DNA of 56,939 nucleotides, counting the filler, from Bilabrum cf. latius (lineage: Eukaryota), in NCBI GenBank assembly GCA_965178125.1. It is 2 parts of 2 records of this genome, joined end to end, with 100 filler letters (N's around TTAATTAATTAA, not from the genome) between each part and the next. Parts side by side here need not be neighbours in the genome. Positions count along the whole stretch, not along the records: positions 29,025 to 56,939 come from CBCXTV010000022.1; 1 more part is not named here. One strand, written 5' to 3'. Both the position numbers and the translations under genes were made by a program. Within the stretch, counting starts at the first letter, position 1, and every line of letters starts with the position of its first letter. This document shows positions 46,131 to 55,573 of the stretch, piece by piece. Below the pieces are notes generated by a model, which searched no databases, was not told the DNA's origin, and worked only from the letters and a program-made list of their open reading frames with translations.

Positions 46131-46376
46131 GGTAGTGCTCGGTAGTGCTCGTTTCGCGCGGTTTTTACATAAAAAAATGCCGTTTTTCTGGAAAAAAAAG
46201 CTCAAAAACCCCCAGTTTTTGACACGTAGTGCTCCGATTTTCCTGTAAAATGCAGGATTTTTTCACGGTAGTGCTCCCCTTTTTTCCGCTTTCCCCGACG
46301 CCAGGGACCGATGTAGTGCGATTTTCGGGGGAAGGATTCTTAGTACCTTAGAGGGTACCCCCGAGGGTCGCACTAC
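46131..46376 (+). promoter_or_regulatory. Iterons plus stem-loop: candidate rolling-circle origin, copy 1
   Basis: GTAGTGCTC at 46132, 46142, 46226 and 46268. Stem GTAGTGCGA (46313-21) / TCGCACTAC (46368-76) enclosing TCTTAGTAC (46338-46). Lies 0.5-0.75 kb upstream of rep. Confidence 0.6.
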
Positions 46377-46798
46377 GTGGGTTTGGGGGGTCTCCTTTCC
46401 TCTTATTCTCGCGTGCACTTTTCTGCGACTGCCCCCCGGACCTTCCGCGCATATCTGCTCGCTCTGATTCTACGGGGGGGCGGGGGTAATCAAGGATTAA
46501 TGCCAAATTTGTCTTCCTTTCGTGCCCCTCCCGTTTTTCAAAGTTGTGCATGTCGAGTCTGCCCCTCCCGTGCTCTTGACGACGGTGCTCGCGGACTGAG
46601 TGATTTCTGCCAGCACGTCCCGTGTATGCTGTCCGAGTGCGCGACTCCGCTGGGCAGCCGCATCCGCTGCTTTGTGCTGCTCGGGCTATCTGTGTCCGTC
46701 AAGACTGCGCTGTACTTGACGCTCTGCCCTCTTGCGATGGCTTCTGTGACGCGGGGTCTATCTGTAATCCTCGGTTCTCTGAACACGGGAAGCGCTTC

Positions 46799-47269
46799 TC
46801 ACAAGGTCGACTTCGCCTGGCTCGTTGAGGAGTTGGCGGAGCTGCGTGCTGCGATCTCTTCTTTTTGCACCAACTGCAAGATCTTCCTGTCTAGCACGAT
46901 TTGGGCGAGCTCGTCGTCTGTGAGTTTTTTGGCGTTCTTCATGGTGCGCCTTTTCTGCCGGATGGTTTTGCGGATGGCCTTCGTTTTAGCCCGCTGCTCG
47001 AGCTTGAGAGCCTTGCGCTCCTCGGTAAGGCGTGTGATCGCTGCCGTCCACTTGTCGACGAACAAGGGTGTGTCGCCAGGTTCGTCCGTCTTGGCGGTCT
47101 TCTCTAGCGCTTCCATGTGTCCGTCTTTCGGGCAGGGCTCCTCGAAGAACTGCTGCGCATGATCTGGTTTCTGTGATCCTGCCTCCGTCGCTTCGGGTGG
47201 CGCCGCTGCATCCGCATCTCTAGGGGAGTCGAGCCGCATTGCGTCCTCCGGTTCTGCGTCGCTCGCCAT
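46799..47269 (-). CDS. Small protein with acidic N-terminus and basic coiled coil
   Basis: ATG at 47269; ITRLTEERKALKLEQRAKTKAIRKTIRQKRRTMKNAKKLTDDELAQIVLDR. A diverged copy of its 3' end and downstream flank lies at ~33755-33895. Confidence 0.6.
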   Translation of the reverse strand: MASDAEPEDAMRLDSPRDADAAAPPEATEAGSQKPDHAQQFFEEPCPKDGHMEALEKTAKTDEPGDTPLFVDKWTAAITRLTEERKALKLEQRAKTKAIRKTIRQKRRTMKNAKKLTDDELAQIVLDRKILQLVQKEEIAARSSANSSTSQAKSTL

Positions 47270-48144
47270 GGGGTGTGCAGTGAGTTTGCTTCCTGAGCGG
47301 GCTGCTTTTCTGTGCGAAGCTTCTGGCAGTTGCTGTATTCCTGGGCCCAAAAAAAACTCAGCGAGAAGTGCTTTCACATGGAGGTGGTGCGGTAAGAAGT
47401 GCGCGGGTCCTTGTAGACTGAAGTGCTTCCTGCGCAGAATGGGAGAAGTTCCACTGCGGGGTCTCTCAGACGCGTCTGCATGAGGAGGTGGGGGGTGCGT
47501 CATGGTTGCATGCGAGAAGGTGAGCTTCGAGGCGGCGCCTGGGAAAGCCTTTCTGGGTCGTCTGGATGCTGCGAAATTTGCGAAAAAGGGGTCCCAATTT
47601 TGGGCCCGTTTTCGGTGACAATTTCAAGCCTCCCGCATCGTGTTTTCCTCTTGTGTACCCCTTTTTGGGCTCAAAACTGGTCCCGGAAAGTGTGACCTCG
47701 AAACTGCGTCCTTCGCGGTCCTCCCTTTGGCTTCTGGGGCCTCAGGTGTTTCCCTTTTTTCTGTGGGCAGCACTCTTTTTTGCGGAAGGGCGTTCCAGAT
47801 TTTTGTCTGACGATGCCGCTTTAAAAAAGGACTTCTGATGTGGTGCGTGCTGGGTCCTGTCATCTCCAGACTTCCTCCGAGGATGCACACATGAGCGGGA
47901 AGAGGACACACATTGGCAGAAGAACTTCTGGACTTGTGACTCTGAAGAGCTTTGCGACTTTGGCACTGCGTGCTGCCAGCGTTCATGCACCGAGAGCATG
48001 CGGATCTCCACGTGCTATGCGACTTCCGGAGAGAATGGGACCGATGGAACTATGTGACCCTCCAACTCCGGCGCTCGGCGGCCTTCTGCTGTTGCCTGCG
48101 GAGCTTTGTCTCCTCGCAACGCGCTGTTCTGCGGCATTTCGTCG

Positions 48145-50886
48145 TCAGGGCTCGTGCTTTACGCCGGGTGCCGGGGTCAGGCGCGCTCTCTTCGAAGGCT
48201 GTGCCTCAGTCCTGTTGGTGGAGGGCGACCTGGAATAGGATGAGGACGATCTGGAGCAGGATCTCGTGTCCTTGAGGCTTGCGCTCCTCGCGAGCTTCAA
48301 CGAATTCCCGTGGAAGGTCCGCGGAAGGCTCACGTACTCCTCCTCGTCCACGTCATACGGCTCACTGCCCTGCTGCTGCCGCCACTGGTTGATCACAAGC
48401 TTGATGAACGTTTTGCCCCAGCTCCATTCGGAATGACTCTGTGCCTGCTCGGTGAGCCACTTGTTGTATGCGATGTTCACCGTTTTGATGCCCTGCACCG
48501 CGGTGTAGAGATGCCCCGCGTTGAAGCGGTAACCTCGGTCGTCGGCATCCTGAAGGTTGTACCGGAGCCGGGCGTCCGCATGGCCGATGTCGTCCGAGGG
48601 GATGTGCTCGAAGACCTTTTGGCACTGGCGGCTCACGAACGGGTCGACGATGCACTGCGTGCTTTCCGCGTACTTGATCATGTGCCACATGGCTTCCTCG
48701 GCAAACCATTTGGAATAACTCAAGAGGTTATAGGTCTTGTCCTTGGCCCTTGAGTAGTTGTTCGCAATGTCCCCGGGCAGTCCCGCGCGCGCTGGAGTCC
48801 AGCACGGCGCGCCTCGTCTGCACAGCGGGCCGTTCTTGAGGAGCTGCTTCCTGTTGCTCTTGTGCGGAGCGTACAGAGTTCGGATGACGTCTGGGATCAC
48901 GGTGTCCGTGGCAGTCCTGCCCTTAAACATGAAGTGGTTCCAGGCCACGGTCCAGCTCATGATGGGATAGTGCACTTGCATCGGAGGTATGAGCGTGAGG
49001 AGGCCCACGGTTTTCGCCAAGGATGCTCCCCAAGTAATCCAATCATCACTCGGGTTCTTCTCGTCGTGCCTCCTTTTGGGGATCATTTTCGGGAGGAGGA
49101 ACGTTGGCGTTATGATGCGCTCCCCGAACTGCTTCGTGAGGTGCTTCATCATGCCCACCCAGACCTGTCCCAGCGGTTTGGTTGTCATGCGGATCACGAC
49201 GAGGCGCGAGCTGCTGTCCCCCTTTAGGATGTCTTCCAACTCGTTCTGCAGCGCCTGCTTTGCCTCAAGGATGTAGTACTGGATGCTGTTGTCCTTCCCG
49301 TCGTTCATCCACTCCTGCTGCTCCTCTTGGCATCTCCCCTCGAGGCTATGCGCCGCCAAGTCCCTGTCGTCGCAGAGGACAAGCGCGTGGGTTGAGGGTG
49401 GCCACTCCAGCCATGAGGGCAGCTCGGCCCCCGGCATCTCCGTGTGGAGTTTATCGATCCACTTCTGCTTGACTTGGATCCATCGAGCGGTCTGCCATTT
49501 CAAGGGAGGCAGGGTGTTCATCTTGGGCCTCTTCATGGCTACCATGTCGAGCATTCTGTCGAGGGTGGGGATGCACATCATCGGCTGCACCACGTGGATG
49601 CGGATGTCTCCGTACCTCAGGAAGTACGAATACGACCCGCCGCGTTTGTCCTGGAGGAGGTGGACGAACGTGTTGGTTTCGCCGGCGTGCTCGTGAACAC
49701 CGCACAAGTCTTCGTAGGAGATGGGCACGCGCTCTGTTTTTTCCCAGACGAGGACAACCCCCCAACTCAGGGCCGCGCACACGGACATCACGACGGACAA
49801 TGTGTTTAATCGCTCGCCAAGAGTCCAGTCGTCACTCGGGTCGATCATTATGTACGGTTTCATACTGTGCCCTGCATCCGCACTTCGTCGTCCCGAGCCC
49901 CCCCACTCCGTGTCCATGCTCTCGGGAGTCGATGCGAGGACCGGGCTGGCTGCCAGCACAGATGTCATGCGGAGGCAATCTTCCCACTTCCATACCGGCC
50001 CTTGGAACGTGTCGAAGAGGCGGCGCCAGACGCAGCGTTCGAAGCTTCGGTTCGGGATCCGCATCTTCAGGAGCGCCTTCCTCCCCTCCGGGCTGATGAG
50101 ATACCACTTTAGGCCCATGCCGACGTGGTAGGGGACCACAAATGTGTTGTCTACCCAGTGCGCCGGATAGGTCCGCACGTCCAAGAGGCGCTCGCAATTG
50201 TGGATGGAGGTGGAGTTTTCGCGCTGGAGGCTGACCATTCTCGGTGCTTCTGACCCCGCTAACATGGCCATCTGCGTCACCTTGGGGTTTTTCGCGATGG
50301 CGTGAAGAACTACGAGTAGCCGATCCACGCATGCTTCGCGAGGTTCGATATCATCTTCGACAACCATGAGCCATTCCGTCGGCGTGTGGTTCTCAGCCCA
50401 CAGCCATGCGTTTCGATGGGATTGGATCGCCCCAACAGTGGCCGGATTGTATTTGCTCCAGTCCGTTATCTTGCCGGAGAAGATATCCAAGAGGGCCTGG
50501 TCTTTGACGATGTCGCGTCCATCTGGGTCCCTGTCGGTCTGCGGAAACACTGGATTGGGGAGCCGAAGGACCGCTCCCATGTGCTCGTGGAGTTCTCGCG
50601 CCCCTTTTTTTTGTCGCCACTCCTCGAAGCGGGACTCTTCCCTGCAGATCAGCAGACATGTCATCTTCCCGAGGTCCTGGCGATGGTGTCCGAATTGCGC
50701 CTGGAAGCCCGACATCTCCAGAGACGGGAAATGGCATGCGCTGTGTGTCCAGCGGCGATCTTGCACTTCTGCTCCCGAAACTCGCGAATGCAGGATCCGG
50801 GAACATGAGCCTTGAAGGCGGCGGATTTTTGGATGGGGACACCCGCGTCCTCTCTTCGCGAGCTTCGTCCTGATCCGATGCCCCAA
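48145..50886 (-). CDS. Putative glycosyltransferase: GT25-like domain followed by a fucosyltransferase-like segment
   Basis: 913-aa intronless ORF. GAIQSHRNAW and MVVEDDI plus WYLISPEGRKALL fit the GT25 pattern; LGERLNTLSVVMSVCAALSWGVVLVW resembles GLGNRL-type starts. Start codon uncertain. Confidence 0.6.
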   Translation of the reverse strand: MGHRIRTKLAKRGRGCPHPKIRRLQGSCSRILHSRVSGAEVQDRRWTHSACHFPSLEMSGFQAQFGHHRQDLGKMTCLLICREESRFEEWRQKKGARELHEHMGAVLRLPNPVFPQTDRDPDGRDIVKDQALLDIFSGKITDWSKYNPATVGAIQSHRNAWLWAENHTPTEWLMVVEDDIEPREACVDRLLVVLHAIAKNPKVTQMAMLAGSEAPRMVSLQRENSTSIHNCERLLDVRTYPAHWVDNTFVVPYHVGMGLKWYLISPEGRKALLKMRIPNRSFERCVWRRLFDTFQGPVWKWEDCLRMTSVLAASPVLASTPESMDTEWGGSGRRSADAGHSMKPYIMIDPSDDWTLGERLNTLSVVMSVCAALSWGVVLVWEKTERVPISYEDLCGVHEHAGETNTFVHLLQDKRGGSYSYFLRYGDIRIHVVQPMMCIPTLDRMLDMVAMKRPKMNTLPPLKWQTARWIQVKQKWIDKLHTEMPGAELPSWLEWPPSTHALVLCDDRDLAAHSLEGRCQEEQQEWMNDGKDNSIQYYILEAKQALQNELEDILKGDSSSRLVVIRMTTKPLGQVWVGMMKHLTKQFGERIITPTFLLPKMIPKRRHDEKNPSDDWITWGASLAKTVGLLTLIPPMQVHYPIMSWTVAWNHFMFKGRTATDTVIPDVIRTLYAPHKSNRKQLLKNGPLCRRGAPCWTPARAGLPGDIANNYSRAKDKTYNLLSYSKWFAEEAMWHMIKYAESTQCIVDPFVSRQCQKVFEHIPSDDIGHADARLRYNLQDADDRGYRFNAGHLYTAVQGIKTVNIAYNKWLTEQAQSHSEWSWGKTFIKLVINQWRQQQGSEPYDVDEEEYVSLPRTFHGNSLKLARSASLKDTRSCSRSSSSYSRSPSTNRTEAQPSKRARLTPAPGVKHEP

Positions 50887-53704
50887 TTGAGCGCTCGACA
50901 GCAGGAACGATGAGGAACCTCAGTTCTGGTTTCGCATGTTTGCATGGCCTCTCGAAGCATGTCGTGTGCAGACCCTCCAAGCGCCTCGATGTCTGAGCAT
51001 CGCTTTCTCTCCGCACGCTTCGTGCAAGGAATGCAACTCGTGCGTACCATCGTGGAGTCCTGAGTCGTTGGCCGCGGACGCACTACGGGTCACAGAGACT
51101 CGGAAAGGGGAGCATGCCCGAATGCACATCGCGGACGGAATTTGTCCCACGCTATTGAAGGTGGTCACCGGACTCAGACTGCTGCGGTGCATGCTTCGCG
51201 CATTGAATGGAGGCGCGTAAAATCTTGCAGAATGCACAGAGGGGGTCATCCGAGCGGGATCTTTGTGTAGCATCTAGAGCGGCAGATCGTGCGCAGGGGA
51301 GAATCCACACGCGGACTCCGAGGAGTGAGTAAGGCCGGCCCTGGAAGTCGTGCCGCGAAAGCGAATGAGCGCAACATGGCGACTGACGGACGTCGCACGC
51401 TACGTACTTGTGGTCGCCCTCGTCCGGTCGCCCATCCCGGCGAATGGTGGCGCTGCAAGATCTGCGATGCCCGTCCGTGCCCGTCCCTCCTGGACGGCTC
51501 TGCCGAGGATCAGGGACGCTCTGGTTGTTTTTCCCTGAGCACCTGCGTTTCGAAAGCGGTCTTCCGCGTTTGCTACTTCCCCTTCGAACTCCCTGCATTT
51601 TTGGCCGGAAAAGGCAACGAAGACAGGCGTGTGCTCCATAGACTGCTCGGACGAGAAGGTGTGTGCAAGAGCCTTTCCCAATCGTCACGGGGGGTGAACT
51701 GCTGGGTCCGGAATGGATTTGACTCCTGGACTTTTGCGTGTGAAGCGTGAGGTGGGCGTGCTTCGTGGGAGGTTTCCGCATGCGGGGGGACGGGAACTTT
51801 CCTGGGTCGCTGGGCCTGGGACCGGGTAGCGGGAACTCGGGGACTTTCCCCGGGAAATGGATTCACAGAGCGTACGGTGATTTCCCGGGTCGCCCTTCTC
51901 GACCCCGAAGTGGAATTTGGCTTTCGGACCCGAATACAAGCTTAGAAGGAACTTTTTGTCTTCCGCGCCTGCGAAGGTGTGCCACGCGGGCGGTTCTTGT
52001 TCACGCTCTTGCGCTGCAAGCAGTGAACGCGAGGCCGTCTGCGGTTTACGGCTACGTGTCATAGCGCGTCGTAGGATGTCGCGTTCCAAAAGAAGTCTAG
52101 CGGCTGGAGGGCGGTGAGTGAAGTGCACACGTAGTGATCGTGACGAACCGGGCGTCGACACTTGTCCTGGGCGACGTCCGAAACATCTACGCTGCGCTAT
52201 TACGGCCAGTCGTGTACGCTTGGTGTCGGAGGGAAGACCCCTACGGTGTATACGGTTGCCGACGAACATAGTGATGTGGTAAGCGCATTCGGAAGGGGGC
52301 GCACGAACGTGCGAGCAATAGCACGCCATTCCGCGTATCATGGTAGCCTGATATTACATGTGCCGCACAGAATTCTCAATCATTCGCGAGAAGTGTGTGC
52401 GGGGAGTACGCTGGGGTGGATAGAAAAGAGATGTCGTCCGCAGGATGTGTGCTCCCAAGGATTTGCTCGGAAGAATGCGGACGATCGTTTGGAATGCTGC
52501 TTTGCACGCAGACTCTATTTCATAGATATGCCTCCATTCGCTGTGACCCTCGTGCGACCGGCTTCGGACGAGTTCCGCAATCTTCGCAATCATGTGCATC
52601 CCATCTCGAGGTCTGCGGCAGCTTCTCCCGCAGAGGAGCCGCCGTGGGAGCCGCTTAGCATCCCCTCGTCGCAGGGACTTCACGGTACGGTGTTGTTTAT
52701 GTCTCTCGGGGTTTTTGTGATGCTCAGGTGCGCGGCCTCTTGCTCTCTTCGTGACCGATTTCGTTGTCGCAGTGCTGTGGGTCTCCGTAACGGGAATGTG
52801 AGGCAGTCTCGACACCTCGACGAGGTGTCATGCGTCATAAGGATCTGCGCGTCTTTGGTCACGGCAAGAGTGGGCGAGAGTCAAACGGGCAGAAATGATC
52901 GTAGCAGCAGCGCTCACGGGCCCGCGGCTCCGCGGTTCACTCCCGCTTGGGAGGGCTGACCAGCGTGTAGTGGGTGGGTCTTCCGGAAAGCGCCTAGAGA
53001 TACTCATCGCATAGCCTTCCCTGGAACGAGTCCAGCATAGCCTTTTTTTTTTTCGGCGGTCGTGGGGAGATACAATTCTCCCGCTGCGGAAGGCTGCACA
53101 CTCCCGCATCGTGAAGTCAATCACGCAACACCGTGCCGACTCATGTACCGAGACCGATGCATCTTACCGTCAGCGGCGCTGGTGGAAGCCGCGCTGCGAA
53201 CAAGCTCCTCTGCACCAGTTACCCCGCCTTTCCAATTCTCGCGCACCTGAACGTGACTCCTGTGGATACGCAGTTTCTTCACCCAGGGCGGGTGCTTCGC
53301 AACGTCGTGCGTGCCCCCTCTTGCCGTCGCGGGTGCTGAGACGCCTTCATGGTCATAAGGCGCCCTGAGCAGACTGCAGCGCGACTTCCAGTGACATTCC
53401 CGGCAAGAACACACTGCAGCTCACATGCAGCGAGCGGAAGGACCCAATCCCGCGCGTGGGGAGGCGCTATCGTGTTGTGTTGTGTGTCGTGTTTGTGGTT
53501 TATGTCGAGCTTTCGGCACTGCGCGGAATCGGGAATTTCGGGGGTCCCTGGGCCCGGAATCGGGGACCGGAAACTGAGGCAATTTTCGCCGCCAGATGGA
53601 GTGACGGAGAGTACCGTCGTTTTCCGGGTCACCTTTTTCGGTCTCGAAATGGGAATCGGATTTGGGACAGGAATTGAAGCGGAGAAGGGCCACTCTAGGG
53701 CCTC

Positions 53705-54615
53705 CCGGGAGCCCTCTTGGGGCCCCCAAACAGCAAAACAAACCCCGGGGCCCGAACTGTGTCGCCGCAACTTAAATTCCTTGTGTGGATCGGCCATTTT
53801 TGGCCAAATCCTGGGGGGGTCCCCTTCCGGGCCCCCCCAAAACGCTCAAAAAAAAACACCACAACGTGGCGTTTTGCGTCTTTTTAGGGCGGTTTAGGGG
53901 CTCTAAAATCCACTACAACGTGGCGTTTTGCGTCTCTTTGGGGCGATTTAGGGGCTCTAAAATCCACCACAACGTGGCGTTTTGCGTCTTTTTTGGGCGA
54001 TTTAGGGGCTCTAAAATCCACCACAACGTGGCGTTTTGCGTCGTTTGGGGGCTGCCTGGGGCCCATTTTTTCCACCACAACCTCGCGTTTTGCCCTTTTT
54101 GGGGCCGGGAGCCCTCTCGGGGCCCCCAAACCGCAAAAACAAACCGGGGCCCGAACTGTGTCGCCGCAACTTAAAGTCCTTGTGTGGATCGGCCATTTTT
54201 GGCCAAATCCTGGGGGGGTCCCCTTCCGAGCCCCCCGAAAACGCTCAAAAAAAACACCACAACGTGGCGTTTTGCGTCTTTTTTGGGCGATTTAGGGGCT
54301 CTAAAATCCACTACAACGTGGCGTTTTGCGTCTTTTTTGGCGATTTAGGGGCTCTAAAATCCACCACCACGTGGCGTTTTGCGTCTTTTTTGGGCGATTT
54401 AGGGGCTCTAAAATCCACCACAACGTGGCGTTTTGCGTCGTTTGGGGGCTCCTTGGGGCCCATTTTTTCCACCACAACCTCGCGTTTTGCCCTTTTTGGG
54501 GCCGGGAGCCCTCTTGGGGCCCCGAAACAGCCAAAAAAAAGCCGGGGTCCGAGCTGTGTCGCCGCAACTTAAATTCCTTGTGCGGATCGGCCATTTTTGG
54601 CGAAATCCTGGGGGG
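53705..54615. repeat. Higher-order satellite: ~400-bp unit x2.3, each with about three 54-bp subunits
   Basis: GGGAGCCCTC.GGGGCCCC at ~53707, 54107 and 54504. ACAACGTGGCGTTTTGCGTC recurs every ~54 bp. Confidence 0.9.
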
Positions 54616-54695
54616 CCGGCGCAAGTGAAATCCTCCTGAGGTACCACTTCAAGCCCATGCCGACGTGGAGGGGGACCACAAATGCGTTGTCTGCT

Positions 54696-54892
54696 CAGTG
54701 CGCTGGGTAGGTCCGCAGGTCAAGGAGGCGTTCGCAGTTATAGACGTAGGTGGAGTTTGCGAGCTGCCGGCCGACATGCTCATGTGGTGACCTCCGGTCA
54801 CCACATGAGCATGTCGGCCGGCAGCTCGCAAACTCCACCTACGTCTATAACTGCGAACGCCTCCTTGACCTGCGGACCTACCCAGCGCACTG
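54696..54892. repeat. Perfect hairpin, 97-bp arms, 3-nt loop
   Basis: 54696-54792 is the reverse complement of 54796-54892; loop TCC. Confidence 0.92.
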
Positions 54893-55415
54893 CACGACGG
54901 ACCCACTCGGGAAGCTCCCGCGCAGGAGCCACTGCCGCCCGCGTTTGAAGAATATGCGGAGAAATACGAAGCCAAGGACACGAGCATCTCGGGCACCTTT
55001 CCCGACTCGCAGCCGGTTTCAGAGACGACCACAAATCGGCACGAGAAGTGCGCCCGATTTCGTCCCCCGAAAAAAGACACAAATAGGACCCCGCGGAGAT
55101 CCGCATCTGCTCCTCACGCGCGGAACGTGTTTCGGTACGCAAAAAGCGGTCACATGGGAGGCCCGGAAAGCGTCCGGAAAACGGTTCAGAAATAAGTACC
55201 GTCGTTTTCCGGGTCACCTTTTTCGGTCTCGAAATGGGAATCGGATTTGGGACAGGAATTGAAGCGGAGAACGGACCCCAAGGTGTTACCTCTTGCCTCC
55301 ATACGATGCTAGGATCTCCAGGTTTCTCAGTTTTAGGCAGCACTCGAAGGGGAAGCTTCCGACGGCGCGCCTATGACATGCTGCCACCCATCACCGTGGT
55401 CATCTGGAGGACTCC

Positions 55416-55573
55416 GCACCATTCGGAAAACGGCTCGCCCGCCGTGAGTGAACCAGCGATCGCCGTGTGCATCAGTAGGACCCCCGCACCATTCGGAAAA
55501 CGGCTCGCCCGCCGTAAGTGAAATGGCGTCCCGAAGGACCCGTGCTCCTTTTGAAAAACGGCTCGCCCGCCGT
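55416..55573. repeat. Short direct repeat x2-3
   Basis: GCACCATTCGGAAAACGGCTCGCCCGCCGT at ~55416 and ~55487, partial copy at ~55554. Confidence 0.75.

Noticed and set aside
50920-53124. Chain of same-frame minus-strand ORFs upstream of the GT gene as one read-through gene
   Set aside because: Several different stop codons intervene and no motif is recognisable. It could be a decayed gene, but this cannot be supported.
53788-53810. GGCCATTTTTGGCCAAA resembling the dinoflagellate spliced leader
   Set aside because: Only a short partial match, lacking the CCGTAG and CTCAAG parts, and it lies inside a satellite unit.
53860-54440. CRISPR-like regular repeat (ACAACGTGGCGTTTTGCGTC)
   Set aside because: The intervening sequences are near-identical rather than unique spacers, and there are no cas-like genes. 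It is a satellite.
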